From an uncultured delta proteobacterium (GTDB lineage Bacteria; Myxococcota_A; Polyangia; Polyangiales; Polyangiaceae), in contig CAVOKF010000003.1 in NCBI GenBank assembly GCA_963696385.1, positions 480,001-544,000 of the forward strand: 64,000 nt of DNA, written 5' to 3'. Both the position numbers and the translations under genes were made by a program. The notes beneath the pieces are model-generated. The model was not told the origin of the DNA and did not search any database. It saw only the letters and a program-made list of their open reading frames with translations. This document shows positions 9,369 through 17,559 of this stretch, piece by piece. How positions within the stretch are numbered: position 1 is the first letter of the stretch; each line of letters begins with the position of its first letter.

Positions 9369-9662
9369 GCTGCCCACGGTACCATGGTGCGATCACAATC
9401 GCACCAAGACGACTATGCTCCTGTCGGCATGGGTCGCAGGAGGCCGCCTCTTGCCTCGTGCACTTCTTGTTCCGTTGCGCGATCGGGCAGCCGTAGCCGG
9501 AGCACGCATTACGCCGGCGCGAACCGCTCGGAGGAGATCCGGCCGACGGCTGGCGCGATCACCGTTCCTACAGAAGGTGCGGCCTGCGCGCGACGCGCGA
9601 CGCGTGCGCAAGGACATCGAGCGGCAAGCTCGGAGCCGTTCAGGAAGTCGACGATCGCGTCC

Positions 9663-10598
9663 TCACGCCGCCGAAGCGCGCGAAAGGCGCTCGTGCTCCT
9701 CGGACGACAGCACGAGTGTCGCCATGGGCAGGAGCTCCTCGAGCTGCTCGCGCGTGCGCGCGCTCGCGAGCACTGACGTCACGCTTGGCCGCGCCGCAAG
9801 CCAGCTGAGCGCGACAGCGGACACGGTGGTCCCCTTCTGGGCGGCGATCGCGTCCAGCGCCCCGAGCACGCGCAGCCCACGCTCGTTCAGGTATGAGCTC
9901 GCTCCCGGCGCGCGAGCACTCTCGACCTTGTTTCCCCACCTATACTTGCCCGTTAAGAACCCCTTCGCGAGCGAATAATAGGGCAAGCACGCGATCTCTT
10001 GCTTCGCGCACAGGGGGGCGAGATCGCGCTCGTACTCGACGCGGTCCATCAGGTTGTAGTGAGGCTGGAGCGCGACGTAAGGCGACAGCCCCTTGCCCTT
10101 CGCGATCGACAGTGCCTCCGCCAGTCGGGGTGCCGTGTAGTTCGATGCAGCGACGTGACGGACCTTTCCTTCCTTCACGAGTGCATCGAACGCGCGCAGC
10201 GTCTCCTCGATCGGCGCCGACTCATCGTCGCGGTGGGCATAGTACAGATCGATGACTTCGGTGCCGAGGCGCTTCAGCGAGGCCTCGGCGGCGGCCCGCA
10301 CGTTCTTGCCGGACAGTCCCTTGAACGAGGGATGCAGCCCAACCTTCGTCGCCACGATGATCCGGGAGCGGTTCTTCCGCGACCCCATCCAGCGGCCGAT
10401 GATCGTCTCGGATTCCCCGCCGGGGTGACCGGCCACCCACGACGAGTACGTGTCCGCGGTGTCGACGAAGTTGCCGCCCGCCGCGGCGTAGGCGTCTAGC
10501 ACCTCGAACGAGACGGCCTCGTCCGCGGTCCAACCGAAGACGTTGCCGCCGAGGCAGAGGGGGAAGACTTGGAGCGAGGTGGAACCAAGGGTTCGCAT
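9663..10598 (-). CDS. Aldo/keto reductase
   Basis: LCLGGNVFGW, DTADTY, ATKVG, IDLYYAH, QPHYNL. Confidence 0.95.
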   Translation of the reverse strand: MRTLGSTSLQVFPLCLGGNVFGWTADEAVSFEVLDAYAAAGGNFVDTADTYSSWVAGHPGGESETIIGRWMGSRKNRSRIIVATKVGLHPSFKGLSGKNVRAAAEASLKRLGTEVIDLYYAHRDDESAPIEETLRAFDALVKEGKVRHVAASNYTAPRLAEALSIAKGKGLSPYVALQPHYNLMDRVEYERDLAPLCAKQEIACLPYYSLAKGFLTGKYRWGNKVESARAPGASSYLNERGLRVLGALDAIAAQKGTTVSAVALSWLAARPSVTSVLASARTREQLEELLPMATLVLSSEEHERLSRASAA

Positions 10599-10879
10599 CG
10601 GCACCTTAGGATGACCCAAAGCATGCTCCGGATGCGGAGCGGTGGCTGCATGGACCGGGAACCCGCCCCGTTCGGGAGGGAGCGCGGCCGGAACCGAACC
10701 CCGGTCTCCCCAAGCAATGGCTCGAGCGCGCCCCATGAACCGGAACGCATGCCCGCGACGCGTTCGGTCTCCGGAAGCCGGGCTGTGCTGCAGGCAGGGC
10801 AATGCGTCACGTGGAAGCAAGTGCCTTGCGGCGCCGAACGCGGCCGCACCCAGATGATGGTTTCGGGGACGGCGTCCGG

Positions 10880-11539
10880 ACGTACCTCGACTCTTCGCGA
10901 TTCACATTTGCTTTCGCCGATCTCCGCGGCTACGGCCGCTCGCGCGGACGCGCTGGCGCCTTCACGGTCGTCGAAGCCGCAAAGCGATGTCCTCGCTCTC
11001 GCCGATGGGCTGAATTGGCTCCGGTTCGCAATCGTCGGCCACTCCACGAGCGCGCTCGTTGCGCTCCACCCCGCGCAGAATCACGCAGACCGGATCTCGC
11101 ACGTCGTCGCGCTCACGCCCCCACCACTCGCGGGCTTCGGTGCAGACGATTCCGCCCTAGCGCGGGCCGCAGCCTCGCGAGAGCTCGCCTTCGCCGACGA
11201 CGCGACGCGGCTGGCCGTACTCTCGCAGCGATTCGCCGCGCGCTTGTCGCCAGGTTGGACGCGCTTCAACGTATCGCGATTGCGTGCCGGCACCGACCCC
11301 GCCGCGGCAGCCGCCTATGTCGCGATGTTCCCGCGCGACGGTCTGCCGAACCCGACCGATCGCATCACCGCACCGGCGAGCAGGACGTGCCCCCCGTGCG
11401 AAGCGACGCCGTCGCGCGCAGACCGGGGCCTCTTTGCGGTCGCCTCGTCGTCTCGCCGCTCGCAGAGTCCGGTCATTATCCCATGCAGGAGATGCCCCCG
11501 CTGACCGTGGCGCTCGTGGAGCGATTTCTCACGACCTGA
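10880..11539 (+). pseudogene. Degraded direct-repeat copy of the 7381-8169 hydrolase
   Basis: Near-identical DNA from YLDSSRF to ERFL; the 5' end is lost, there are two frameshifts, and GHSM has become GHST. Confidence 0.9.
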
Positions 11540-11696
11540 GCGGACCCGGGCCAAGCCCACGTCTTTCGCGAATCTCCGTCGGGGGGGACGATTGGGCGAA
11601 GGCAAGACGCGTCAAGCCGAGCGGCGCGAACTCATCTTCGGCTGAGCACCCGCCGCGCGCTGCCGTGCGCCGCGTCGAGATCGCGGGCGACCCTGC

Positions 11697-12641
11697 TCAG
11701 GCAGCCGGCTGCAATGCGCGTCGCAGCTCCGCCGCGCACAACGCGAGCGCGGTCTCGGCCTCGTCGATCAGCCGGCTCATCGACACGAAGCCGTGCATCT
11801 GGCGCGCGAACAGCACGTAGCTCGCGCGGTTGCCTGCCGCGGTGAGCCGTTTCGCGTACGCCGCCGCTTCGTCGCGCAGCGGATCGAAGCCCGCGGTCAG
11901 CACCAGCGCCGGCGGTAGCCTCGACAGGTCCGGGTGCAGCAGCGGCGAGGCGCGCCAGTCACTGTACTGCGCCGGGTCGGCGACGTAGTGGCGGATGAAC
12001 CAGGCGAGCGTCTCGCGCGGCAGCATGTAGCCCCGGCCGTTCTCGGCGTGCGACGGGGCAGTACAGTGCATGTCGGTGGCCGGGTAGATCAGCAGCTGGA
12101 ACGCGATCGGCAGTTCGCCCCCGTCGCGCGCCGCGATCGAGACAACGGCGGCGAGATTGCCGCCGGCGCTGTCGCCCCCGACCGCGAGCCGCGACCCGTC
12201 GAGGCCGAGCTCGGTGGCGTGCTCGTGCACCCAGCGCGCTGCGGCTATGCCGTCGATCACGGCGGCCGGAAACCGGTGCTCGGGACCTCGGCGGTAGTCG
12301 ACCGCGATCACCGCGCAGCCGGCGCGGTTCGCGAGCTCGCGGCACATGGCGTCGTGCGTGTCGAGATCGCCGAGGACCCAGCCACCGCCGTGGTAGTAGA
12401 CGAGGACTGGCAACGCCCCGCCGGACGCACCGATCGGCCGGTAGTAGCGCAGCCGGATCGCCCCGTCCGGTCCATCCACCGCCAGGTCCCGGACTTCGGC
12501 GACCGCCGGCGGCGGCGATTGCACGGCGCCAACGCGTTCGCGGAAGAATGCACGCGCCTCTGGGACGCTCAGCTCGTGTGCCGGTGGAACTCCGCTCTGC
12601 TCCATCCGATCGAGCAGCGTGCGTGCCTGAGGGTGCAACAT
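11697..12641 (-). CDS. HSL-family esterase/lipase
   Basis: HGGGW, GDSAGGNL, DPLRDE, HGF motifs. Confidence 0.95.
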   Translation of the reverse strand: MLHPQARTLLDRMEQSGVPPAHELSVPEARAFFRERVGAVQSPPPAVAEVRDLAVDGPDGAIRLRYYRPIGASGGALPVLVYYHGGGWVLGDLDTHDAMCRELANRAGCAVIAVDYRRGPEHRFPAAVIDGIAAARWVHEHATELGLDGSRLAVGGDSAGGNLAAVVSIAARDGGELPIAFQLLIYPATDMHCTAPSHAENGRGYMLPRETLAWFIRHYVADPAQYSDWRASPLLHPDLSRLPPALVLTAGFDPLRDEAAAYAKRLTAAGNRASYVLFARQMHGFVSMSRLIDEAETALALCAAELRRALQPAA

Positions 12642-12768
12642 CGGTGGCCCTGCCCGGCGCCGAATAGCCGAGGCCCTTACCGTACCCGAATATCCGCCGG
12701 TGCCCAAGCGGCCGACGGGTGCTTCCGCGCAGACTTCGGCGTTCGCACTGCGCCGTGCCGCCGGCGAC

Positions 12769-13953
12769 TAGTTCCGCTGGACAGAAATTTGGCCAGATTC
12801 CGCGTTTCACGATAGCGGAGCGGCATGATCAATTACGCGGCGTTGGCGCACCGTCGGCACGGCGGGCGCCCGACGGTGCCGCTTGTGCTCTCGGCCGAAG
12901 AGCGGGCGAGGGTGGAGGCGGCCATGCGCCCTGCGACGGCCGAGCAACGGATCGTACGTCGGGCGACGGCCCTACTGATGATGGCGGACGCGGTGCCGGG
13001 GACGGACATCGCCCGCGCGGTGGGGGTGCACATTCGCACGGTGCAGGAGTGGCGTCGGCGCTTTGATGCCGAGCATCCGGCCGACACGCTTGCGGACGCC
13101 CCGCGCTCGGGACGCCCGCCCTCTCTCTCTCGGACGCCGACGCCGCGCGCATCGAGGCCGAGGCGTGCCGTCCACCCGAAGATGTAGGCGTGCCGGTCAC
13201 GCACTGGTCGGAATCGTTGCTCGGCGAGCACGTTCGCCAGCAGGGGATCGAGGTCAGCGACCGCACCGTGGGGCGCATCCTGCACGACGCCGACCTTCAA
13301 CCTCATCGCCAGAAGATGTACCTGACGTCGCACGACGAGGAGTTTCGCGAGAAGCGCGATGACGTGTTGCGCCTCTACTACGAGACGCCCACCGACGAGC
13401 ACATTATCTGCCTCGATGAGAGGACGGGCATCCAGGCGATCGAGCGCCGCTACGCGGACATCCCCATGCAGTCCGGGCAGCCGGTGCGCCGCGAGTTCGA
13501 ATACATCCGTCACGGCACGCTCTGCTGGATGGGTGCATTCGACGTGCGTCGCGGTCGCCCCTTCGGCTTCGCCTCCTGCGACCACAACAGCGATACCTTC
13601 ATCGACCTGCTCGATCTCGTGAACCTCTGCTACCCGGCCGGGCGCGGGCACTTCGTGATGGACAACCTGTCCGCCCACGACACGCCCGACGTCAACGAGT
13701 GGCTCGACGAGCACCCGCGTTGGACCCGACACTTCACGCCCAAGCACGCATCGTGGCTCAACCAGATCGAGTGCTGGTTCTCCATCCTTCAGCGACGCGT
13801 GATCGCTCGAGGTTCCTTCTCCTCGACCGAGCAACTCGCCGAGCGGCTCAACGCCTACGTCCTCTGGCACCTGCGCACTGACCAGCCCTTCCACTGGTCC
13901 TACCGCCCCAAGTCGTGGGGCGAATCCGGTGGGACTTCCGCCGAGCGGAACCA
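12769..13953 (+). mobile_element. IS630-family insertion sequence
   Basis: Imperfect TIRs (left TAGTTCCGCT...GATTC; right reverse complement TGGTTCCGCT...GATTC) enclosing an HTH ORF and a DDE ORF. Confidence 0.85.
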
Positions 13954-13954
13954 G
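12825..13954 (+). CDS. IS630 transposase split into two frames at (CT)5C 13121-13131
   Basis: HTH plus RSGRP in ORF A; CLDE, EYIRHGT, MDNLSAH and ASWLNQIECWF in ORF B. Confidence 0.85.
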
Positions 13955-14279
13955 AGCGACGCTCGTGCAAGAGCGCGAGCGCCGAGCGCTCGTCGGCATG
14001 GAGCGCGAGCATCGCAAAGACAAAGGCCCGCTGCGTCGCCGGATCGGTCGCGGCCGCCCGAATATCCGCTGCGACACTGCAGAACAGCACGCCGTCCATG
14101 CGCTCGGCGCCGGACTGTCCCGGGTTCGTGAGGAGGGCGTCGAAGCGCGCCAAGTGCCGCGTGATGAACGAGGCCTTAAGCATCGCTCGAGAATATCGCA
14201 AGCGACCGCGCGACCGAGCGCGACTTTCGGGGGCCCGGCGGAGGGCTCGTGGCGCTCGCGACCGGGCCGACGTGTCCAT

Positions 14280-14615
14280 GGGGGCATGGCCATCGATGCA
14301 ACGAGCGTCTACTGGACCCATCGCGGAGACCCGACCGGTGGCTACGTGCTGAGCGTGCCCAAAGCGGGTGGCGAGGTCGTCACTCTGGCGGCGGGTGATC
14401 GCCTGTCCGGCATCGCGGTCGACAGCACCCGTGGCTATTGGGTGGCCGGCACCTCTGATGCCTCGAGCGGCGCGGTCATGACGTTGCCCGTCGGCGGGCG
14501 GGACACCGACGACGCTCGCCTCGCGCCCCGGACCGCCTGCCCATCTCGCGGTGGATGCGTCGTACGTCTACTGGACCGAACTCATGGCCGGCACGGTCAT
14601 GAAGGTACCACCCTG
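14280..14615 (+). pseudogene. Fragment of a beta-propeller-type repeat protein (IAVDxxxVYW repeats)
   Basis: AIDATSVYWT..VLSVPKAGGEVVTLA, IAVDSTRGYWV, and LAVDASYVYWT..TVMKV after a frameshift. Confidence 0.6.
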
Positions 14616-14971
14616 ACCCGAAGCGATCCGGAGCCTTTGCGCGGGGCCGGGACGCTCTCGAGAGGGTCGGACGCAGCGTGCCGCTCAGGGCTCGGCGACG
14701 CGCGCTCGTCGAATCGGCAACAATATCCAGACCGCGGCACCTGGAAGGACCACTGCCCCGACCCGTCGGAGCGGAATAACGAGGACTGAAGGTCCTCGTC
14801 GACGAGCGCGAGCCGCGCCTGCCTCTCCTCGACGTCATTGCCAGCATCCAACGCATGGGGCGTCCCGTGCGATGCGGCGAGCCGACCTCGTTTCCATCCC
14901 TACGACGCGCAGAACGACGCCGCGTCGCAGGCTCACGTCTGGCCGTGTAAATCCGATTGTCCTGATCGATC

Positions 14972-15478
14972 ATGAACGCCCCCGCCGATCTCTCCGCCTG
15001 GACGAACTTCTTGGTGACCTCCGCGGGCGCGTCGGCGGCCCTCGTTGGCCTGCTCTTCGTCGCCGTGTCCATCAACCTGGCGACCATTCTGGAGCACGCG
15101 TGGCTGCCCGCCCGTGCAGCCCTGGTGGTCATCATTCTGGTGGGCGCACTCGCGTGCGGCCTCGTCGGCCTCGTCCCCGGCCTGTCGATCCCGACGTCGG
15201 GCGTCCTCTTTTTCGTGATTGGCCTGATCGCGTCGGCTCTCACCGCATTCGTGCAGACAAGGGCGCGCGCGCCCGCGCACTCCTACGTCTCGCCGACGAC
15301 CCTCACGGTGTTGCAGATCGCTGCGGTCCAGGCCGGCCCTCTGTCGTTCGGGATCGCCGGTGCGTCGCTCGTCTGGGGACGAGGTGGCGGACTCTATTGG
15401 GTCGTCCCAGGGATGCTGTTCACGTTCATCGGGGCAATGTTCGTCTCGTGGGTGCTGCTCATCGAGATCCGTCGGTGA
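14972..15478 (+). CDS. Conserved integral membrane protein
   Basis: W.NF....GASAALVGLLFVAVSIN N-terminus; about 5 hydrophobic helices. Confidence 0.75.
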   Translation: MNAPADLSAWTNFLVTSAGASAALVGLLFVAVSINLATILEHAWLPARAALVVIILVGALACGLVGLVPGLSIPTSGVLFFVIGLIASALTAFVQTRARAPAHSYVSPTTLTVLQIAAVQAGPLSFGIAGASLVWGRGGGLYWVVPGMLFTFIGAMFVSWVLLIEIRR

Positions 15479-15536
15479 CGGGCTCGGAGACCACGCTCGT
15501 CTTCCCTGCCATCGACGGCGCCTTCGCCGATCGGCC

Positions 15537-15887
15537 CTACGCGGGACGATCGACCCCTTCTTCGCTGCGCTCACCCGTTCCGTTTCGAACGGCTTCGACG
15601 ACGTCGGATATGAACACGGTATTGTCATGCCCGTCGCCGATTCCTGGCATCGTCTCCAATACCTCAAGGATACCGGGGACAACATCATCCTGAACCATCA
15701 TCACGACCTCGACCTTGGACGTGAAGTCCACGACGTACGACGATCCCCGGTAAACTTCGCGCCGGCCAGTTCCTCGGTCAAAGACCTTGGCCTCGCGTAC
15801 GGTCATGCCCAGGATGCCGGCTTCCGCGAGGGCGTCCCTAAGCTCATCAAGCTTCTCGGGAGGCATGATCACCTCGACGCGCTTCAT
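15537..15887 (-). CDS. P-II family nitrogen regulator, divergent
   Basis: MKRVEVIM.PEKLDELRDAL..GI.GMTV, T-loop EVYRGSSYVVDF..KV, C-terminal TGER. Confidence 0.8.
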   Translation of the reverse strand: MKRVEVIMPPEKLDELRDALAEAGILGMTVREAKVFDRGTGRREVYRGSSYVVDFTSKVEVVMMVQDDVVPGILEVLETMPGIGDGHDNTVFISDVVEAVRNGTGERSEEGVDRPA

Positions 15888-15976
15888 GGCGTTTCCGCGG
15901 TGCGTCCAAGATGCCGTAGCGCGTCCAGCGGCCTGCGGCCTTTCGGCCTTGGATGCATAGGGCAATCGATGCAACG

Positions 15977-15990
15977 GCAACATGGTGGCC
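15977..15990 (-). promoter_or_regulatory. Possible sigma-54 -24/-12 promoter for the P-II gene
   Basis: Minus strand GG-CCACCATGTT-GC (GG-N10-GC with TTGC), about 90 nt upstream of the ATG. Confidence 0.3.
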
Positions 15991-16269
15991 TCGCTCTCGG
16001 CGAGAATTGTAACCGGCGCAAACTAAATATTCGCTAAACGCCTTTCGAATGCGTTCCGTCTGCGACGATCCTCCAGCGAGCGTCGCTGGGCGGCGGGTCC
16101 CCTCCCCCGAGCGCTCGTCCCCGCCGATCCGCTCCAGCGCCGACCGCAGACGGGATCGCCGGCCGACCGTTTGCGAGGCGCTTCGCGTCATCCGCGACCC
16201 CAGACCCCTGGAACCTGCCATCCTAAGGGTTCCGGCCGTCGGCGTACGATGCGGGCTCAGGCCATCCTG

Positions 16270-16788
16270 CTAAGGGTTCGGCCGTCGGCGTACGATGACC
16301 TCGACGTCGCGCGCCCTCGACCGCTTCGTCGCCGCGGCCTGCCTCTGCGGGGTGAGCTTGGACTGCGACGCGGGCTTCGGGGCGGGCGCAGTCGGATGCC
16401 TTGCCGTCATCGACGGGGGCACTCCCTTGCGCGCCGCCTTGGCTTGCTTCGCTGCAATGAGGGCGGCATGCGCGAGTTGCCGATCGGCCCTGCGCTGCGC
16501 GGCCGCGGCCACCTGTGCGGCTTCGCGCTGGGCGTGTTGCGCGCGCTCCTCCGCGAGGCGCGGCAGCATCGGGACGATCGCGGCCGTCGCATCCTCGATC
16601 GAGTAGAGCCGCGGCGACGTCCGGACGAACCGCACTCGTTCGGCGAGCTCGTGGCGCAACAGGGTGTTCAACGTGTTTCTCGAAATGCCCAGGATCTTGG
16701 CGATCTCGGCTTCGGTCGCGAGCTCGGCGCCAGCGGCGATGAGTCCATGAGGGTCGCGATCGCGCGGGGGGACGTTCGTCGTCGTCAT
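16270..16788 (-). CDS. HTH DNA-binding protein with a basic tail (excisionase/RDF-like)
   Basis: TEAEIAKILGISRNTLN..PRLYSIED; GGAG Shine-Dalgarno upstream. Confidence 0.7.
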   Translation of the reverse strand: MTTTNVPPRDRDPHGLIAAGAELATEAEIAKILGISRNTLNTLLRHELAERVRFVRTSPRLYSIEDATAAIVPMLPRLAEERAQHAQREAAQVAAAAQRRADRQLAHAALIAAKQAKAARKGVPPSMTARHPTAPAPKPASQSKLTPQRQAAATKRSRARDVEVIVRRRPNP

Positions 16789-17013
16789 GGCTTCGGCTCC
16801 CATAGTGGCATGAGAGATTCGATCCTCGGTACGTCTACGGGCGGTAGCGCGAATTCGACGCACCACGTTGCGATACGAATCTTTTCGTCAAAGGACGACA
16901 CACTCTCACGCTTTCTGGCCGGTGGCCCCAAGCGTAGTCGCGACCGACCGCGGCGGCGACCTCGATCCGCACAATCGCGGGCCGGGATGCGGATTCTCTG
17001 CGCGGAGGCACAT

Positions 17014-17087
17014 TTTTCTCGGAGTAGGCGACTTGAACGGGGCGAGTGCCTTTTCTCGGAGTAGGCGACTTGAACGGGGCGAGTGCC
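17014..17087. repeat. Perfect tandem duplication of a 37-bp unit
   Basis: TTTTCTCGGAGTAGGCGACTTGAACGGGGCGAGTGCC at 17014-17050 and 17051-17087. Confidence 0.95.
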
Positions 17088-17149
17088 CCCGCGGGGACGA
17101 TGGATCTCGACGCCGCCTCGCCTCGACCGTTCGGGGGCTCGCGCGAACC

Positions 17150-17460
17150 CGCTCGTCGACGCTGAACTCACCGCGATGGCGACTGCCGCACTGAAGATCT
17201 GCATGACGCGCTTGACGAGTTCGTGCAGTCGGCCGACGAGGTCGCCGACCCGGTCCTTGGCTGCGACGACGGAGTCGACCAGGGTTGCGCGGCCATCCTC
17301 TACGCCGTGACGGTGCCCATGTCCAAGCACCTGGGCCAGATGCTGACCGGACTGCGGGTATCTCGAGCGCATTGCCGACCATGCGACCAACATCGCGGAG
17401 CAGGTCATTTTCATGATCCGAGCGGACGACGTTCGCCACGGGCAGTGGCAATCTTTGGCG
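17150..17460 (+). pseudogene. phoU: PhoU C-terminal remnant
   Basis: LDEFV...VL..DD.VD, then after a frameshift GYLERIADHATNIAEQVIFMIRADDVRHG. Confidence 0.75.
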
Positions 17461-17559
17461 GGGCCGAGGTCTCGCTGATTGGAAACGATCGATCGGATCG
17501 CTATCGATGCCGAGCGGGGGGCGACGTGTGCGGGCCGTCGGAGCTCGATTCGTCATTCA

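Noticed and set aside
13955..14183. Minus-strand ORF apparently interrupted by IS630
   Set aside because: No recognisable motif, and rejoining across the IS gives no convincing protein.
17014..17087. 37-bp repeat as a CRISPR repeat or tRNA-derived att site
   Set aside because: The two copies are adjacent with no spacer; the GTTCAAGTC on the minus strand has no pairing T stem.
1..17500. Intact conjugative element or recognisable anti-phage system (retron, CBASS, restriction-modification, CRISPR)
   Set aside because: Only traG remnants and TA pairs are present; no relaxase, T4SS, reverse transcriptase, cyclase, nuclease or cas motifs were recognised.
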